This document shows positions 63,437 through 64,000 of a stretch of DNA of 64,000 nt, in pieces. Numbering within the stretch: position 1 is the first letter of the stretch; each line of letters opens with the position of its first letter. Position numbers and translations under genes: made by a program. The notes below the pieces were generated by a model. That model made no database searches and was not told the DNA's origin. It saw only the letters and a list, made by a program, of their open reading frames with translations. Source of the stretch: Pseudomonas sp. (lineage in GTDB: Bacteria; Pseudomonadota; Gammaproteobacteria; Pseudomonadales; Pseudomonadaceae); the NCBI GenBank assembly GCA_033852045.1, contig JAWSVF010000008.1, positions 77,390-141,389 on the forward strand. Direction: 5' to 3'.

Positions 63437-64000
63437 GAGGCAATTCCTTTAACATCCTACCGGCGGTGTCTTCAATCAGTCCCTGGAGCACCTGATTGAG
63501 CGAGGTCCCGTCAGGATTGAACAGCACCTTTTGTCTGCTCTGAACGACAAGGTGCTCTCGCAAGTCCAGTTGCGCGTTGCTTTTGATCTTTTTCAAGCGG
63601 GCTCGCGCAAAGAAGCCAGTCGCAGCAACAACCCCCACTCCGATTATTACGGCCGGAGCTGAAACGACTGTCGTCGTCACGCCGAGTAATCCTAATACGC
63701 CCCCAACAGACGCTGTGGTGGTGGAAGCGCCTATCGCAATCGGAACGGCGGCGACTGCCGCGCCCGTAGACATCGTCGCACCGGAGATGTCCAGAAGCTT
63801 ACGCTTGACCGGGGAGCCCGCGAGGTTGCTCTGCATCTCATTAACAGGAATGGTCTGCTCGCAGATACCAACAAGGTCGGTTTGAGCCTGCCTTGTAAGC
63901 AGCAATCTCTGCTCGGATATCCAGCGCATCAGGATGGGGTTGAGCGTCTTCTCGATGAACCTATCGGTCAGAACGACGTTTGAAACGTTCATCTGGCCAA
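63426..64000 (-). CDS. Hypothetical 2-TM protein, possibly the C-terminal part of a larger protein (reading frame open to the window edge)
   Basis: - Two Gly/Ala/Val-rich hydrophobic helices (AAVAAVPIAIGAS..SVGGVLGLLGV and VVSAPAVIIGVGVVAATGFFA).
- An ATG at 63992, but no stop and no Shine-Dalgarno sequence in the 8 nt remaining upstream, so the true start may lie outside the window. Confidence 0.55.
   Translation of the reverse strand, partial: GQMNVSNVVLTDRFIEKTLNPILMRWISEQRLLLTRQAQTDLVGICEQTIPVNEMQSNLAGSPVKRKLLDISGATMSTGAAVAAVPIAIGASTTTASVGGVLGLLGVTTTVVSAPAVIIGVGVVAATGFFARARLKKIKSNAQLDLREHLVVQSRQKVLFNPDGTSLNQVLQGLIEDTAGRMLKELPHAA

Larger units (their letters stand above)
54606..64000 (+). 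mobile_element. Integrative P4/PICI-like satellite-type genomic island at tRNA-Leu(CAA); right end outside the window
   Basis: - A P4-family integrase lies immediately 3' of the tRNA.
- It is followed by alpA, a Toprim primase-like gene, a DUF927 helicase-like gene, an iteron array and unknown cargo genes.
- No second copy of the tRNA 3' end was seen in the window, so attR is not captured. Confidence 0.8.

Noticed and set aside
54606-64000. Search for an attR copy of the tRNA-Leu 3' end to close the island inside the window
   Set aside because: No second copy of GAGTTCGATTCTCCCTCGAGGCACCA or a long part of it was seen by eye. The island boundary therefore cannot be set within this window.

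Overview
The window looks like a gammaproteobacterial chromosome, GC-rich by eye (not computed), with Pseudomonas-like core synteny. Read left to right it contains:
- A urea/guanidine carboxylase cluster (two DUF1989 genes plus a roughly 1200 aa biotin carboxylase).
- rsmI / lpoA-yraN-diaA-BON, then sspBA, petABC, rpsI-rplM.
- An aldo-keto reductase, a GlxA-type regulator, zapE, a hydrolase and yhcB.
- An Mla/MCE-type ABC system.
- A visibly AT-rich insert carrying soxR, an MFS transporter and an FMN reductase.
- guaAB, xseA, an M23 peptidase, leuA and an OYE reductase.
- The long minus-strand block der-bamB-yfgM-hisS-ispG-rodZ-pilW-rlmN-ndk.
- A stand-alone IscS-like desulfurase, cysE and trmJ, then suhB.
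- secFD-yajC-tgt-queA and tRNA-Leu(CAA).

From the tRNA to the window end (about 54.6-64.0 kb) lies an integrative, P4/PICI-like satellite-type island. It carries a P4-family integrase, an int-coupled unknown 335 aa gene, three tandem terminator hairpins and alpA. These are followed by a Toprim primase-like gene, a DUF927 helicase-like gene, an iteron-rich putative origin and several small ORFs.

At the far end of the island is an oppositely oriented module of three uncharacterised proteins: a 2-TM protein, a 1-TM protein and a very acidic soluble protein. I cannot assign these to any family. This module is my best candidate for an undescribed, possibly anti-phage, system. It runs off the window edge, so it is incomplete here.

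All calls rest on reading the ORF translations and the DNA by eye. No searches or computations were run.
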